Shown here: piece after piece, positions 37,981-51,074 of the stretch
Layout of the letters: each line of letters opens with the position of its first letter
How positions within the stretch are numbered: position 1 is the stretch's first letter
Assembly (NCBI RefSeq): GCF_001194135.2
Contig: NC_068987.1
Location: 93,314,855 to 93,378,845, forward strand
Origin: Octopus bimaculoides
Taxonomy: Eukaryota
Length of the DNA: 63,991 bases
Direction of reading: 5' to 3'
The notes under the pieces: generated by a model
The model's input: the letters and a program-made list of their open reading frames with translations, nothing else
What the model was told of the DNA's origin: nothing
Databases searched by the model: none
Translations under genes and position numbers: made by a program

Positions 37981-38498
37981 CCCCCATCGACATATTTTAT
38001 CTGCCTTTATCACCCTCCCCCATCAAATCTTCACCGAAATCGATATCTGCTGTATTGGGGTTTTCTTATCGCCAACCAAGTCTACAACACCTTGACACCC
38101 ACACTATCAACCTACCTGCAAATTACTTCATACCACTCCATGATCTGTCGGTAACGACTCTGCTACTGTCTGAATTCTTTTTCTTATTAATATTATCACA
38201 GCTTTTTTCGTTGCTTTTGTTGTCGTTCATCGGATTCTATTTTACGTTGAATCTATTCTGATTCTATTAAATTTGGTTATATATTTTCCTCTGAAAATTT
38301 GCCCATGATTTTGTGCAGTCACCCAGTTTAAGGTCAAGACGAATGTGTGACATGTTTTGTGTGTATATTTTGTGAGTATATGTCTGTGTAAGCATGGGTG
38401 TATCTCTGAGTACAGTTGATTTGACGCAAACATATGATGAGGAAATAAGTCAATGAAATAGGAATGCCTTTGAACTCACTAACACACATAAGACATGC

Positions 38499-38538
<40 letters not shown>

Positions 38539-38811
38539 NNNNNNNNNNNNNNNNNNNNNNNNNNNNNNNNNNNNNNNNNNNNNNNNNNNNNNNNNNNNNN
38601 NNNNNNNNNNNNNNNNNNNNNNNNNNNNNNNNNNNNNNNNNNNNNNNNNNNNNNNNNNNNNNNNNNNNNNNNNNNNNNNNNNNNNNNNNNNNNNNNNNNN
38701 NNNNNNNNNNNNNNNNNNNNNNNNNNNNNNNNNNNNNNNNNNNNNNNNNNNNNNNNNNNNNNNNNNNNNNNNNNNNNNNNNNNNNNNNNNNNNNNNNNNN
38801 NNNNNNNTATA

Positions 38812-38842
<31 letters not shown>

Positions 38843-40231
38843 GTATGTATATTATGTCTCAAGCTACTGCTATCTAGCATCTTCGGATTATCTTTACTCA
38901 ACCGCTACGCAACAGCTACTCGACTGCTACTCAACACTCCTACTACGGCCAGACTACCTCCATTTATACGTCTTGGGCGATCCTACTTCTTCGCTTGGGC
39001 GAGTCGACACAACAATATACATACACACACACACATACATGTATATCATTTCACGTACAACGTATTGGCATAAAGGTATAAATTCTACGAATAGTTTCTT
39101 ACCATTGAGACACCTGATTAGTCTGATATTTATAATGTGCCCAGTGTATCCTAACAATCTCTAGGCTCTGGCCACCTCGTGTGTTCTATTAGTAAAACAT
39201 GTGCCCAAAGCCTGTATTTGATTGAAGGCAAAATAATATGCGGTTTTGAAGTAATTAGCTGGAAATTAAAGTGATTATCCTAAAAATTAAAAGGAAACTA
39301 CGGAAGGAGCTCCAAAACTTCTGTTTTCAATCCAGTGTAGATAGGTTGCGCATGCACAGTGACGATGGCACTTGATATAGTAACAGAGCAAATGTAAAGT
39401 AACAGCACTTTTCACCAGCATAGTTAGAGGTAAGCAAAAGGAATAGTCATAATAGTAATACGTGATGATGAAGAAGAAGAAAAAGAAAAGAAAACTACTA
39501 TGAGGAATTGATAACAAATTACAAAGTTAAAACAATCGATACCATTAGCGAAAAATGATCCGTTCTGAAGTAGAGTGAGTTATTGATTTAATAATTCAGT
39601 TAAATAGATAATAGGTATAAAGAGTGAGTAACGAATGAAAGAATGAATATTTCACTAAGGAATGTGGTGTTTGAGAGAGTTAATAAAGGAATTGGTTTTG
39701 TGTGTTTGTGTTAGAGTGTATTGGAATGGGGAGGGAAATACTTGGTGGGATGAGATATCAACATTTATTAACTCTAAGATCGGAAAAGAAGAATGAATAA
39801 CTACAAGACTTCCAGTTGGATGAGTCTACTTCGGTTGCTGCTTGGTTTTCAGTGCAGCTGTATAAAGCAAGCTGAATAAAGATGAGTGATATATGGAGTC
39901 TGGTCCCTCGTACAACAGCACGTATCATCCTCTTCCCAACGTACCCAAGCTCCGAGTAGTATTATTGAGACGGGTGCAGCTTGAGCTTTTAATGAGAAGA
40001 CCTTTATACAACAAATGAAAATCAGAATTAATAAAATGATACAACGAAAGCCAATAAATATGCACTAGAATTGATTGACTGAAATGAAGGAGAGGAAAGC
40101 GAGAAACAAGTCAACGAATAAACCAATCAAGTCATAAATGAAGTGAAAAGAAATGGCGGGATGTATGAACGAATATATAAAGTAGGTGAATAATGAAATA
40201 ATTGAAAATAGATATAGTAAATTAAGGTTGA

Positions 40232-40629
40232 CCCACGGTCACTCGGAGAGCCACTGTCACTAGCTATGCTGATGACACAAAGATATCTCAGGCAATAAAG
40301 AATCCTGATGATATTGTAAGCCTGCAGAATGACCTAAATGCAATATATGAGTGGGCAGAGCAAAATAATATGCAGTTCAATGCAAAAAAATTTCAAGTAC
40401 TGCGCTACAAGACCACAAGTACCTCCCAACTGGCATACACAGGGCCTGGAGGTACTGCAATCCCAGAACCACAAACAGTTAGAGATCTGGGCATCAACAT
40501 GTGTAGTGATGCATCATTTCACATGCACATTATCAAGTTGACAGCAAGGTGCAGACAACTGGCGGGGTGGATACTGAGGACTTTCCGTACAAGGGATCAA
40601 AAAGTCATGTTGATTCTATGGAAGACATT
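40232..40629 (+). mobile_element. CR1/L2-type LINE reverse transcriptase fragment, open up to the gap
   Basis: SYADDTKISQAI...LQNDLNAIYEWAEQNNMQFNAKKFQVL...VRDLGI...HI...GWILRTF; YADD at 40265-40276; no stop in ~132 codons. Confidence 0.9.
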
Positions 40630-42930
40630 NNNNNNNNNNNNNNNNNNNNNNNNNNNNNNNNNNNNNNNNNNNNNNNNNNNNNNNNNNNNNNNNNNNNNNN
40701 NNNNNNNNNNNNNNNNNNNNNNNNNNNNNNNNNNNNNNNNNNNNNNNNNNNNNNNNNNNNNNNNNNNNNNNNNNNNNNNNNNNNNNNNNNNNNNNNNNNN
40801 NNNNNNNNNNNNNNNNNNNNNNNNNNNNNNNNNNNNNNNNNNNNNNNNNNNNNNNNNNNNNNNNNNNNNNNNNNNNNNNNNNNNNNNNNNNNNNNNNNNN
40901 NNNNNNNNNNNNNNNNNNNNNNNNNNNNNNNNNNNNNNNNNNNNNNNNNNNNNNNNNNNNNNNNNNNNNNNNNNNNNNNNNNNNNNNNNNNNNNNNNNNN
41001 NNNNNNNNNNNNNNNNNNNNNNNNNNNNNNNNNNNNNNNNNNNNNNNNNNNNNNNNNNNNNNNNNNNNNNNNNNNNNNNNNNNNNNNNNNNNNNNNNNNN
41101 NNNNNNNNNNNNNNNNNNNNNNNNNNNNNNNNNNNNNNNNNNNNNNNNNNNNNNNNNNNNNNNNNNNNNNNNNNNNNNNNNNNNNNNNNNNNNNNNNNNN
41201 NNNNNNNNNNNNNNNNNNNNNNNNNNNNNNNNNNNNNNNNNNNATATATATATTGAGAGAGAGAGGGAGAGGGAGAGAGAAAGAGAGAGAAAGTTATAAT
41301 ATATACATATATACACACTTACACATATCTATTTATACCTATATGGGGTTATATATATTTTCTGTTATTACTTTCATACATGCTTAGTCAGACATGCTTA
41401 CGTTTTCTTCTGTTGTTTGTAGCAAAAAAAAAAAAGTTTCTGAAAATGTTATTGAATATCTTTATTCATATCTTCAGCGACATCTAAATCACGAAATGGT
41501 TAATCGATATTTCTCCGTCCTCCAATCTCTTCTATGATTTCTGAGTTGAGGAGTGTGTTGTATTTAAACCAACTTCTCATTGAAACAGATCCTGCCTTGC
41601 GCATCATTGGCTAATCACAGGCTGCCTTGGTAAGTCGCATTATTACTGTGGATAAATACGTGTGTGTGTGTGTTAACATTTACATATGTATATATCTGCA
41701 TTTGTGTGTGTGCGAGTATGTATGTATGTGTGAGCACATGTCTTCCTATTGAAGAAATTGGCTTGCTTTTTTTGAGGTCTAAATCAATATGTAAAATCTC
41801 TCTAAACTAATTTTTACTTTCTACTTTAATTAAACGGTGCAATTCTCTTTGTGAGCATGAACCGCCTTCGAAATTCCCCTGTACCAAGTCATACTCGGCT
41901 CTCAGAATAATCCGTTAACTTTTAACCCAGGAGGAATTGAAATGGTATAACATTAAATCTTTGGTTTCATCAACAAACAGTTTTAGCTGATGAGTATCCA
42001 TACATATGTAAAGCAATTCGCAAGACGGCAACTCCACTGACTGCTCGATTTATCAAGACCGTGAAACCACTTTGAGAGCAGAGTTATAGGCCCTTTCAAC
42101 GAATAGCACAGTATCTATAATTTCGAAGCTAATACAGTCTCGAACACACAAATGTACCGATTAGTCCAGATGTTGATTTATCTACCTTTCGGATTAAAGA
42201 GAATATTAGCCGCATTTTCAGATGTATGTATTTGAAATGCATCGAATCCGTGCATGAAATACATCAACTTCAATAATATTACAGTGTTTTATGGACAATT
42301 CGCGTTTCTTTGCATTATTCCGAAAAGTAGTATTTGAGGATAGTTGTATGACTCACGGTTAATGTTGAATAATATTCGATCTCTTCTACGCAATTGTAAA
42401 GGCGCTGACAAATTATTTACTTTCGCTCTGACATAGTCATTAGAAATATTTGAAACGGGACAGGTGTTACTGAGAAATATTAGCTTCTTTATCATATAAA
42501 CAGTTTGGACTGCAAAGTTACAACGACATGGATTTCAGGGATCCCAGTTCAAATTTTAACTTCTACCGTTTTTTCTCTTTTTCTTTTATTCTGATGAATA
42601 TTTGGAAACGTCCGGTGCATCTGATGGATATCTTTTCTTGATAGTTTCCGTTTTCTCATGTAGGTGAATGATGTTACACTTCGGGGACACGATTAGCATA
42701 TTCTCCAGGGAAAGAAAAATGAAATACTGCACCATCTTTCACTGCTAGTCCTTAACTAGGACATAGGGCTAAAAAAAATGATGAAGTTTGTGTACAATTT
42801 ATACGTAAGAACGAGGGAGCACTTAGTCTCTTTATATATATTCCGGCCGAGGGAATGAATGAGCTGATACGTATGCCACACATATATATCGGTTACTATA
42901 ATGAGATACTGCCGTTTCGAAACAGTAAAT

Positions 42931-43027
42931 GGAGCGCTCAGCCACTTGCACGTTAATTTCACGAGCAGGCTGTACCGGCGATTGGATCAACTGGAACCCT
43001 CGTCGTCGTAACCGACGGAGTGCCAAC
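42931..43027 (+). repeat. Dispersed repeat fragment (probable SINE/LINE 3' end)
   Basis: GC-richer agccacttgcacgttaatttcacgagcaggctg...ctggaaccctcgtcgtcgtaaccgacggagtgcc; recognised from recall only, single copy in this window. Confidence 0.4.
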
Positions 43028-43060
43028 ATGTATTTATATATATATATATATGTACATGTG

Positions 43061-43371
43061 AAGGCTCATGGCTGAGTGGTTTGAGCGTCAATATCACGAT
43101 CATGAGTCAGTGAGTTTTATTCCTGAAACAAGTTGTCTGTTGTATTCTTGAGTAAAACACTTTATTTCACGTTGCTACATTTCACTGAGCTGTAGAAATG
43201 AGTTGTGACGAGACAGGTGCCGAGCTATATCGGCGGTTGTTTTTGCCTTGGATGACATTGGTGGTGTGGAGAGAGGAGGCTGGTATGCATGTGTGACTGC
43301 TGGTCTTCCATAAGCAACATTGCCTGGACTTGTGCCACAAAGATGAACTTTGTAGGTACAATCCCACGGTC
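43061..43371 (+). mobile_element. tRNA-derived SINE family C, near full length
   Basis: Head aaggctcatggctgagtggtttgagcgt...; core ttcttgagtaaaacactttatttcacgttgct...cactgagctgtagaaatgagt; followed by (TA)n and (GATA)n. Confidence 0.75.
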
Positions 43372-43387
43372 AATATATGTATATATA

Positions 43388-43390
43388 TAG

Positions 43391-43461
<71 letters not shown>

Positions 43462-43530
43462 TAGAGAGAGAGAGATATTGATAGATCGATAAATAGATAG
43501 ATAGATGGATAGCTATATAGATAGATAGAT
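43388..43530. repeat. (GATA)n/(GA)n microsatellite
   Basis: Read directly from the sequence. Confidence 0.95.
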
Positions 43531-45227
43531 CCATAATTATTTAACATGTCTGTGGGAATGCGCGTGTTGAACAGATATGTAAATGTCAATAGAATGACAA
43601 TAGACCACATAATGATGTGAGCGGTTATAGGGCCATGTGTATGAGAGAAGAGTTGTAATGGTGAGGTGATTGATGTAAAGTTTTTTAAAGTAATTTCTAC
43701 TGAATGGATGAGAGAAAGTATGAGAGCATATGGCATTGCCAAGTGTAAAACAATGACGAATCATTAAATGTGTATGAAATTGAAAGCCAGGATAGTGTGG
43801 CATTGCAGCTTGTGTGTGTGTGTCCGTGTGTATGTGTGTTTATGTTTGCACATGTGTGTATATAAGGGGAATGCGACTTGGACTAGAATTTGGAGAGATA
43901 GATTAGTTCATTGGATAAGAGGCATTGGTAAATTGAGAAGGGCTGATTTAGAATGATGTCAGGGGAGAACGCTTCTACACTTTAACAAACATGAAAATCC
44001 AATAAGTAATTAATATAAATATATATATATATATAATGATATTTCTCAATTTTGAACAGGAAAGCTTTGCATTTTTATTTTATATATTTCTGAAAAAGAA
44101 ATATTTACGATGGAATGCGATTAGATATATTAAACTTAATCTTTATATCAATATATTGTTAGATGCTAATAAGTTGTTTTTGGTTGTTGCTTATTATTGT
44201 CACTAGCAAAAAAAAAACCCAAAAATTTAAATAATAATTATTCTTAAAATAAATATTAATAACACAGTGAATTTATATCGTGTTATTAAATCACCATTTT
44301 TGTTTGTCTTTTAAATAAAAAATTGCTCAAAATTGTGCTTCTCAATTTATCAATATGTTTGACTTCAGAAATATATACACAATCTGAAATTAAATTTCAA
44401 AATTCCGCTTGTCTTAACCTTGTCTGCCCGCCAATTGTAACAAAAAGCAAATGACGATACTAATAATGTTTATGCCTCTGAAAATGATGATAATTAGGAT
44501 AAAAAAACAATCACTTATTTGGTTATATGGATTTCTAATATCGAGATGATATCATATATTTTTGGTGGGTGTAGAGTATATATCCTCTATCTCTGTATAT
44601 GAATCCGAGGCTATATCTCATCAATGGATTCCGTAGATATTGTAAAACATAAGCGCATTTTACAAGACAGCATGTGTATTTTTGGTGTTCTCTTTTTTCT
44701 TTGGTAACCTTTGATATAAAAACCACATGTACAAAACTGGTATTCTTGCATTCATCCTATTTGTCGTTCGTTGGACATATCGTCCCAAGAATTTGATTAT
44801 AAAAGCCATTACATTGAGATACAGAGAAGATTTAGCTGCTATTTTATTTAAGCCGAATTATCACATAACATCCACTTCATGTCTATGATGTACTTCTGAT
44901 ATAAATATTACATTCGTGTTCATATATACCACCGGGAGTGTATATCACTATTTCTGTGTAAAAATTGATTAGTAATTTCTTCTGCGACACTGTTCGATAT
45001 ATCAGGCATGAAAGACATGCACATCAAATATATATTTTTTCTTGCTTATTTGTTTGTTCAGTTTTTCTCGCTTTGACTGAGTTAGTCGCTTCACGGTTAT
45101 TGTCCATGTTTTATTACATCTAATCAAACGGCTTCAAAACAGCTTCTTCCTGCATTCTTGATGCATATCTTTGGGAACTCATCAGTAATAAAATAGATGT
45201 TAAAGTGATAGTATATTTTTATCTTAA

Positions 45228-45620
45228 CGTGACAGTCCCATGAAAGGGAAGAATGCTACTGTTATTTAGCCCTAGGAAACACAGTTTCCTGTTGCACTTG
45301 ACACATTTCCTGTGTCCTTATAGTTTCAAAGTGGAGTCAAGCACCTCTACCCAGCAAAGCCAGCACCCAGAGATTAGTTTCAGAGTCATTGCTTATCATC
45401 AGTATGTAGTAGGCATTGACAGCTAGTAAGCCGTGCTACTCCAGACTGATGATGAGCAATGAATCTGAAACTAGTCTCTTGATTCTGGCTTTGCTGGGTG
45501 GAGATGCCTGTCTCCACTTTGAAAGCATAAGGACACAGGAAATGTGTCAAGTCCAACAGGAAACGGTATTTCATAGGGCTAAATAACAAAAGCATCCTGC
45601 TCTTTCATTGGATTGCCACA
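45228..45620. mobile_element. Fold-back element with 176-bp arms, TTAA on both flanks and a hammerhead at each inner arm end (family H5)
   Basis: Arms 45228-45403 and 45445-45620 about 85% identical; TTAA at 45224-45227 and 45621-45624. Confidence 0.9.
45441..45480 (+). ncRNA. Type-I hammerhead motif, family H5
   Basis: CCAGA-CUGAUGA-UGAGCAAUGAAUCU-GAAAC-UA-GUC-UCUU. The two-arm consensus gives stem I CCAGA/UCUGG, stem II GAG/CUC, palindromic stem III ACUAGU and a GUC triplet. Confidence 0.65.
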
Positions 45621-47928
45621 TTAACATGACAACATGCTATCACTTTATTGTGCTGCTACTGCATAAATCTCGCTGAGAGATTTAGAAATGTAAAATGGAT
45701 GTTGACTGACAATTTCCTGTCACATATTTTCATTACTGCATATAAAAAGAAACATGCCACAACATGTAGGATCGTAGACCACGAGAGTGGTTCATGCAGT
45801 GGCTTCAATATAATCACCTGATCGATGATCCGCAAACTATATATTTCTGAACGTTCACGTTGCAACCAATGTACTCTCAGTACCTCTATATAATATTTGT
45901 GTGTGTGTGTGTGTGCGTGTGTGTTCCGCTTCCATCATTGGAACGTCCATTTCGCATCCCTCGTCTGCACAATAACTACAAAAAGAAATATTGCATTAAA
46001 CTTATAAAAATGCATTGAGGCAGGACGCTGGGCTTTTTAAAAGTTATACTGTTGGATCATAATATGAACCGTTTAATACCGAGACGAACAAAATAACTCA
46101 TTCTCGATGGAAAAGATTGATTAGAAGGCTCCACGTTATTCGAACTTCATCAAGAAATCTCCTGCTCAAAGCGGGTAGAGAAGTGAACTTTCTTTGACAT
46201 TCGTTCCGAGTGTTTATACTATGGAAAACTCCATTGAAGTAATTATGTATAATCTCTTTGTATCACCTTGTTATACCAGAAGGTAGAATACGGATGGCTC
46301 TAGAGACCACTTTTGATACCGGTAGAGGAAAGTAGTGTTATTGTATTTTTTATATTGGAGCGTGATGTATGTTCAAGGCAAGTGTAGGCTCGAGAAATGT
46401 GTTATACTCGAGTGTTATGACATGGGAACTCAAAAGCAAGTGATACATACATAAAAGGAAAAAAAAAAAACGGAAAGCTATCAATTTCTGGGGAAAAATA
46501 GCCAGGAGGCAATTATTTAGTATCTGTAAGAGGAACAGTTGAGATATGTAAGTCATTTGTAATGTTCCGTGTATAACAATTAAAAGTCTGTAACACGCGA
46601 TCCAGCGATGGAGCATTGTTTCTGTGTTACGACAGAGCGACTTCCTCGAGCACTTCAAAGAACTTTACCTGTACATTCGTAATTTAAAGGAAAAGGTCTA
46701 CAAACATACAAAGTACGATTGAATAACACAATACAATTGTAGTATACTAAAATAAAATATCTAAATATATAAAGGAATATGAAAATGTTCTCGCAAGCAT
46801 TCAGCTATATAGAAAACAAAAAACTAAATAGAAAACTTTGATGGAAGTTTCACAGAAATTTCAACGATATTATCAAATGAAACAACAACAGATGTATAAA
46901 ACAATAAGGAATATAAAAAAAAGCAAAACACTTGCATCCACCTTTGTGAACATGTCTTTGAATATATTTTGCATTCATTGAGTTTTTCATCAGCAGTTTT
47001 TAGTCAGATTATATATTATAAAACACCACATACGCATATTCACATAGAGACACATACACGCACACATACACGCACACATACATTGATCATGTGTATATAC
47101 GTAAAGATACACACAGAAACCTACACATATATGTGTATGTATATATATATGTGTGTGCTTGTGTGTATATGTATATATATATGTAAATATCTATCTATCT
47201 GTCTATATATNNNNNNNNNNNNNNNNNNNNNNNNNNNNNNNNNNATATATATATATATATATATATACATACATATATATATACACACACACAATTATTT
47301 ACATACACTCACACACATATAATCATAAATATATACACGTGTATGTGTGTGTATTGGCATAATAGGACAGCTCAACACAAGCACATAACCACACATATAT
47401 GAGTGTGATTAAGTAAATATGCATGTGTGTCTATGTGTGGTGTGTGAGAGTGTGTGTATCTGTTTATCTGACCCACCGCAAGTGTATGTATGGACTTATG
47501 TAAATTAAAAGCATAGATACATATGAATTTTATAAGTTTATATAAATACATGACGCAGAGGTACATATTTTATGAAAGAAAATACATTTATATTTGCAGA
47601 TAAATACGAAATACAGTATATTTTATGCAGTATGTCTCTTCATGTGCAATGTGGGTGTATTGATGTATGTACTTAGTGTTGCTGTGTTTTCATTTTGGAA
47701 CTAATACATACAGACTGTTTCAATGATGCGTAAGAATATGTTTTCGAGTGTGTTTAGGGTATAGAGGAATGGAAATTTGCTATATATAACGAATTCTATC
47801 GAAATTTATTGTCGTTTCTAATTGTATAAAAATGTGTACACACTCTCACACACACAGACACACAAACATGTGTATATATATATATATGTATATGTATACA
47901 TACACTTGCATATTTTTACACACACACG

Positions 47929-47962
<34 letters not shown>

Positions 47963-49070
47963 NNNNNNNNNNNNNNNNNNNNNNNNNNNNNNNNNNNNNN
48001 NNNNNNNNNNNNNNNNNNNNNNNNNNNNNNNNNNNNNNNNNNNNNNNNNNNNNNNNNNNNNNNNNNNNNNNNNNNNNNNNNNNNNNNNNNNNNNNNNNNN
48101 NNNNNNNNNNNNNNNNNNNNNNNNNNNNNNNNNNNNNNNNNNNNNNNNNNNNNNNNNNNNNNNNNNNNNNNNNNNNNNNNNNNNNNNNNNNNNNNNNNNN
48201 NNNNNNNNNNNNNNNNNNNNNNNNNNNNNNNNNNNNNNNNNNNNNNNNNNNNNNNNNNNNNNNNNNNNNNNNNNNNNNNNNNNNNNNNNNNNNNNNNNNN
48301 GAGAGATAAGCATATGCATTGGTTTACAAAAACATATAAAAACAAAACCTCTATTCACTTTCAACTCGCAGAATAACTTTCAAATAAAACTGAATAGAAA
48401 TTTTATTTTGTAGTTTTCGAAAATTCATTAAAAAATACGTATTCAAGGGAAAAAAAATCATACAAATTCTATTTAAAAAATCAAACAAAGTGATTTTTTT
48501 TTTCAGACAGACGAAATTCTTCAAAAGTGTCCTTTGCATTAAGAAGACAGTATTTAGTATAGAATTATTGTACAATTGTGTAACTGTATTTGAATGTAGG
48601 ATATTACTTTTGTTGCTAAGGTGTAAACCTTGTACTCAGATTATAATCTGCTGCTACAGTTGAATGTTTCTAAAAAACATGTTTTTGAATGGTTTAATGT
48701 GGGTATAATTATAAGCAATAATCATATAATAATGCCTCTTGAAATTACTTCTGAATAGTTCGGACACTAAGCAGGAAATATATTTTGATCTTAGTCTCCT
48801 GAATAGTAAGCCTTATAAGGAGTCAACAGAAATGATGATCAAACATCCAAATATAAGTTCATGGTGTTGTCGAATTTATTGTTTCGATTCCAGCTTCTGG
48901 AAGACGTAAGTAATTGCTGAATGTAGACAACGGCTGTACAATGTGGGTTTGTTAGCCTCAGTATCGAAGAACATATAGAGGTCGGAGTGAAACAACCTCA
49001 TTATATGTTGGAGACCGATATAAGTCATCGATAGGGCTCCAAATATCTAAGGCTAATATAAGGGAAATAT

Positions 49071-49642
49071 AAGGTGGTCAGATGGCCGAATTTTTAGCTG
49101 GTCGGGCTAACAAACGATGAGCGGCATTTCGTTTGCCATTACGTTCTGAGTTCCAATACCACCGAGGTAGACTTTGCTTTTAAGGTCTGTTCCTTGGTCG
49201 CTAATGTTTTGTATTCAACTCTTTCACACATCACGCCATACGATGCGCACATGTAAAAGCGAAAACATTTAATTTTCATTTCCTCATAAATAAGCTATAT
49301 TTTGGGAATGTCAGGAAAATAAGATGGCTGCTATTAGTGTAAAGTGAAAATAATGAACAAACAATGCATTTGTTTACATGCAGTGACTATATTGTCATAC
49401 TAGTTACCCAAAACATCTCAAACAGAATGGATCTTGTAGATGAAAATGTCAATCCAAGATTGTATAGTTCTTATTTACTACAACTATGGATTATATTGTG
49501 CTACTCATTCTTACTCAATTATTGGCTCAGTTTCATTTTTTTTTCGATGATGACAAATAGTTTCAGTTGAGCACTGGGGTTGATATAATCCACTTGCCTC
49601 CTCCCTTAAAATTTCAAGCTTTAGTTCAAAAATTTGAAACCA
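49071..49642 (+). mobile_element. SINE family A split into a 5' half (49071-49181) and a 3' half (~49530-49642)
   Basis: The first part ends accgaggtagactttgc; the second resumes tttcat...cagttgagcactggggttgatataatc...aaatttgaaacca. Confidence 0.6.
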
Positions 49643-50375
49643 ATGTTAGAGAAATAACAATGTGTTTAAAGCATAACACTTAAGTAAAAATAGAATTAAT
49701 ACCATCAACGTACCACAAATTACATGACAACATTAAAAAAATGGCATATGCCGTTTTTGTATGATGTTATTATCCTTGTGTATGTTGAGATCCGAATAAC
49801 GCCGGCCATATTTTAGAGATATATTCCTTTGGTATTTTTTTGTATATTTGGCGTCGTTGCGAATGTTATATATTTATTCTTACTGTCGATCTCACTTTTG
49901 TCACTTCCTCAATATACTTCACTGTTGGTTCTCTTTTCTTTTCCCTTTCTCCATTCATAGTTTTCCCAAAGTTAGCGATTGTATCAATGACATTTATAGT
50001 TAATATTGTAGTAATAATGTGATTGCGTATTGTTGTTTTATTGTAGTTGTTGTGGCTGTATACCTTCTGTTTATTCAACTTGTATGTTTAATAATTTGAC
50101 GTTATTAAGTAGTGTTCACATGGTGGAAGATTTGTCAATTAAATCTAACAAAATGAATTTAATGATGTTTATTAATAAATATTGTAAATATCAAAGTATA
50201 TTTATTCCTGTTTACGAACGGAATTAATTAAAACGAATAACGTTAAATTGGATGGAATATGTGTATTACGGCTACATGTATTATTTGGTGTGAGATACCA
50301 TTTAATTTCCAATGATGAATCTGAAATACACTTCTTCATGCTACACACAGCTACAAATATATATATATGTATATA

Positions 50376-50408
<33 letters not shown>

Positions 50409-50918
50409 NNNNNNNNNNNNNNNNNNNNNNNNNNNNNNNNNNNNNNNNNNNNNNNNNNNNNNNNNNNNNNNNNNNNNNNNNNNNNNNNNNNNNNNNNNNN
50501 NNNNNNNNNNNNNNNNNNNNNNNNNNNNNNNNNNNNNNNNNNNNNNNNNNNNNNNNNNNNNNNNNNNNNNNNNNNNNNNNNNNNNNNNNNNNNNNNNNNN
50601 NNNNNNNNNNNNNNNNNNNNNNNNNNNNNNNNNNNNNNNNNNNNNNNNNNNNNNNNNNNNNNNNNNNNNNNNNNNNNNNNNNNNNNNNNNNNNNNNNNNN
50701 NNNNNNNNNNNNNNNNNNNNNNNNNNNNNNNNNNNNNNNNNNNNNNNNNNNNNNNNNNNNNNNNNNNNNNNNNNNNNNNNNNNNNNNNNNNNNNNNNNNN
50801 NNNNNNNNNNNNNNNNNNNNNNNNNNNNNNNNNNNNNNNNNNNNNNNNNNNNNNNNNNNNNNNNNNNNNNNNNNNNNNNNNNNNNNNNNNNNNNNNNNNN
50901 NNNNNNNNNNNNNNNNNA

Positions 50919-50929
50919 TTCATCCATCC

Positions 50930-50975
<46 letters not shown>

Positions 50976-51026
50976 TTGCCTGTCTGTCTGTCTGTCGGTC
51001 TGTCTGTCTGTCTGTCTGCCTACCTG

Positions 51027-51070
<44 letters not shown>
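50919..51070. repeat. (TCTA)n/(TCTG)n microsatellite at the 3' end of the adjacent LINE
   Basis: Read directly; reads (TAGA)n/(CAGA)n on the LINE sense strand. Confidence 0.93.
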
Positions 51071-51074
51071 CCCA

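Noticed and set aside
41987-42010. CTGATGA followed by a gtat/atac stem
   Set aside because: No GAAA after the stem.
42591-42617. CTGATGA-atatttg-GAAAC-GTC hammerhead-like string
   Set aside because: Stem II and stem I cannot pair; chance or too decayed to call.
45224-45624. piggyBac assignment from the TTAA flanks
   Set aside because: Termini lack the usual CCC/GGG-type piggyBac ends, and the arms contain ribozyme motifs.
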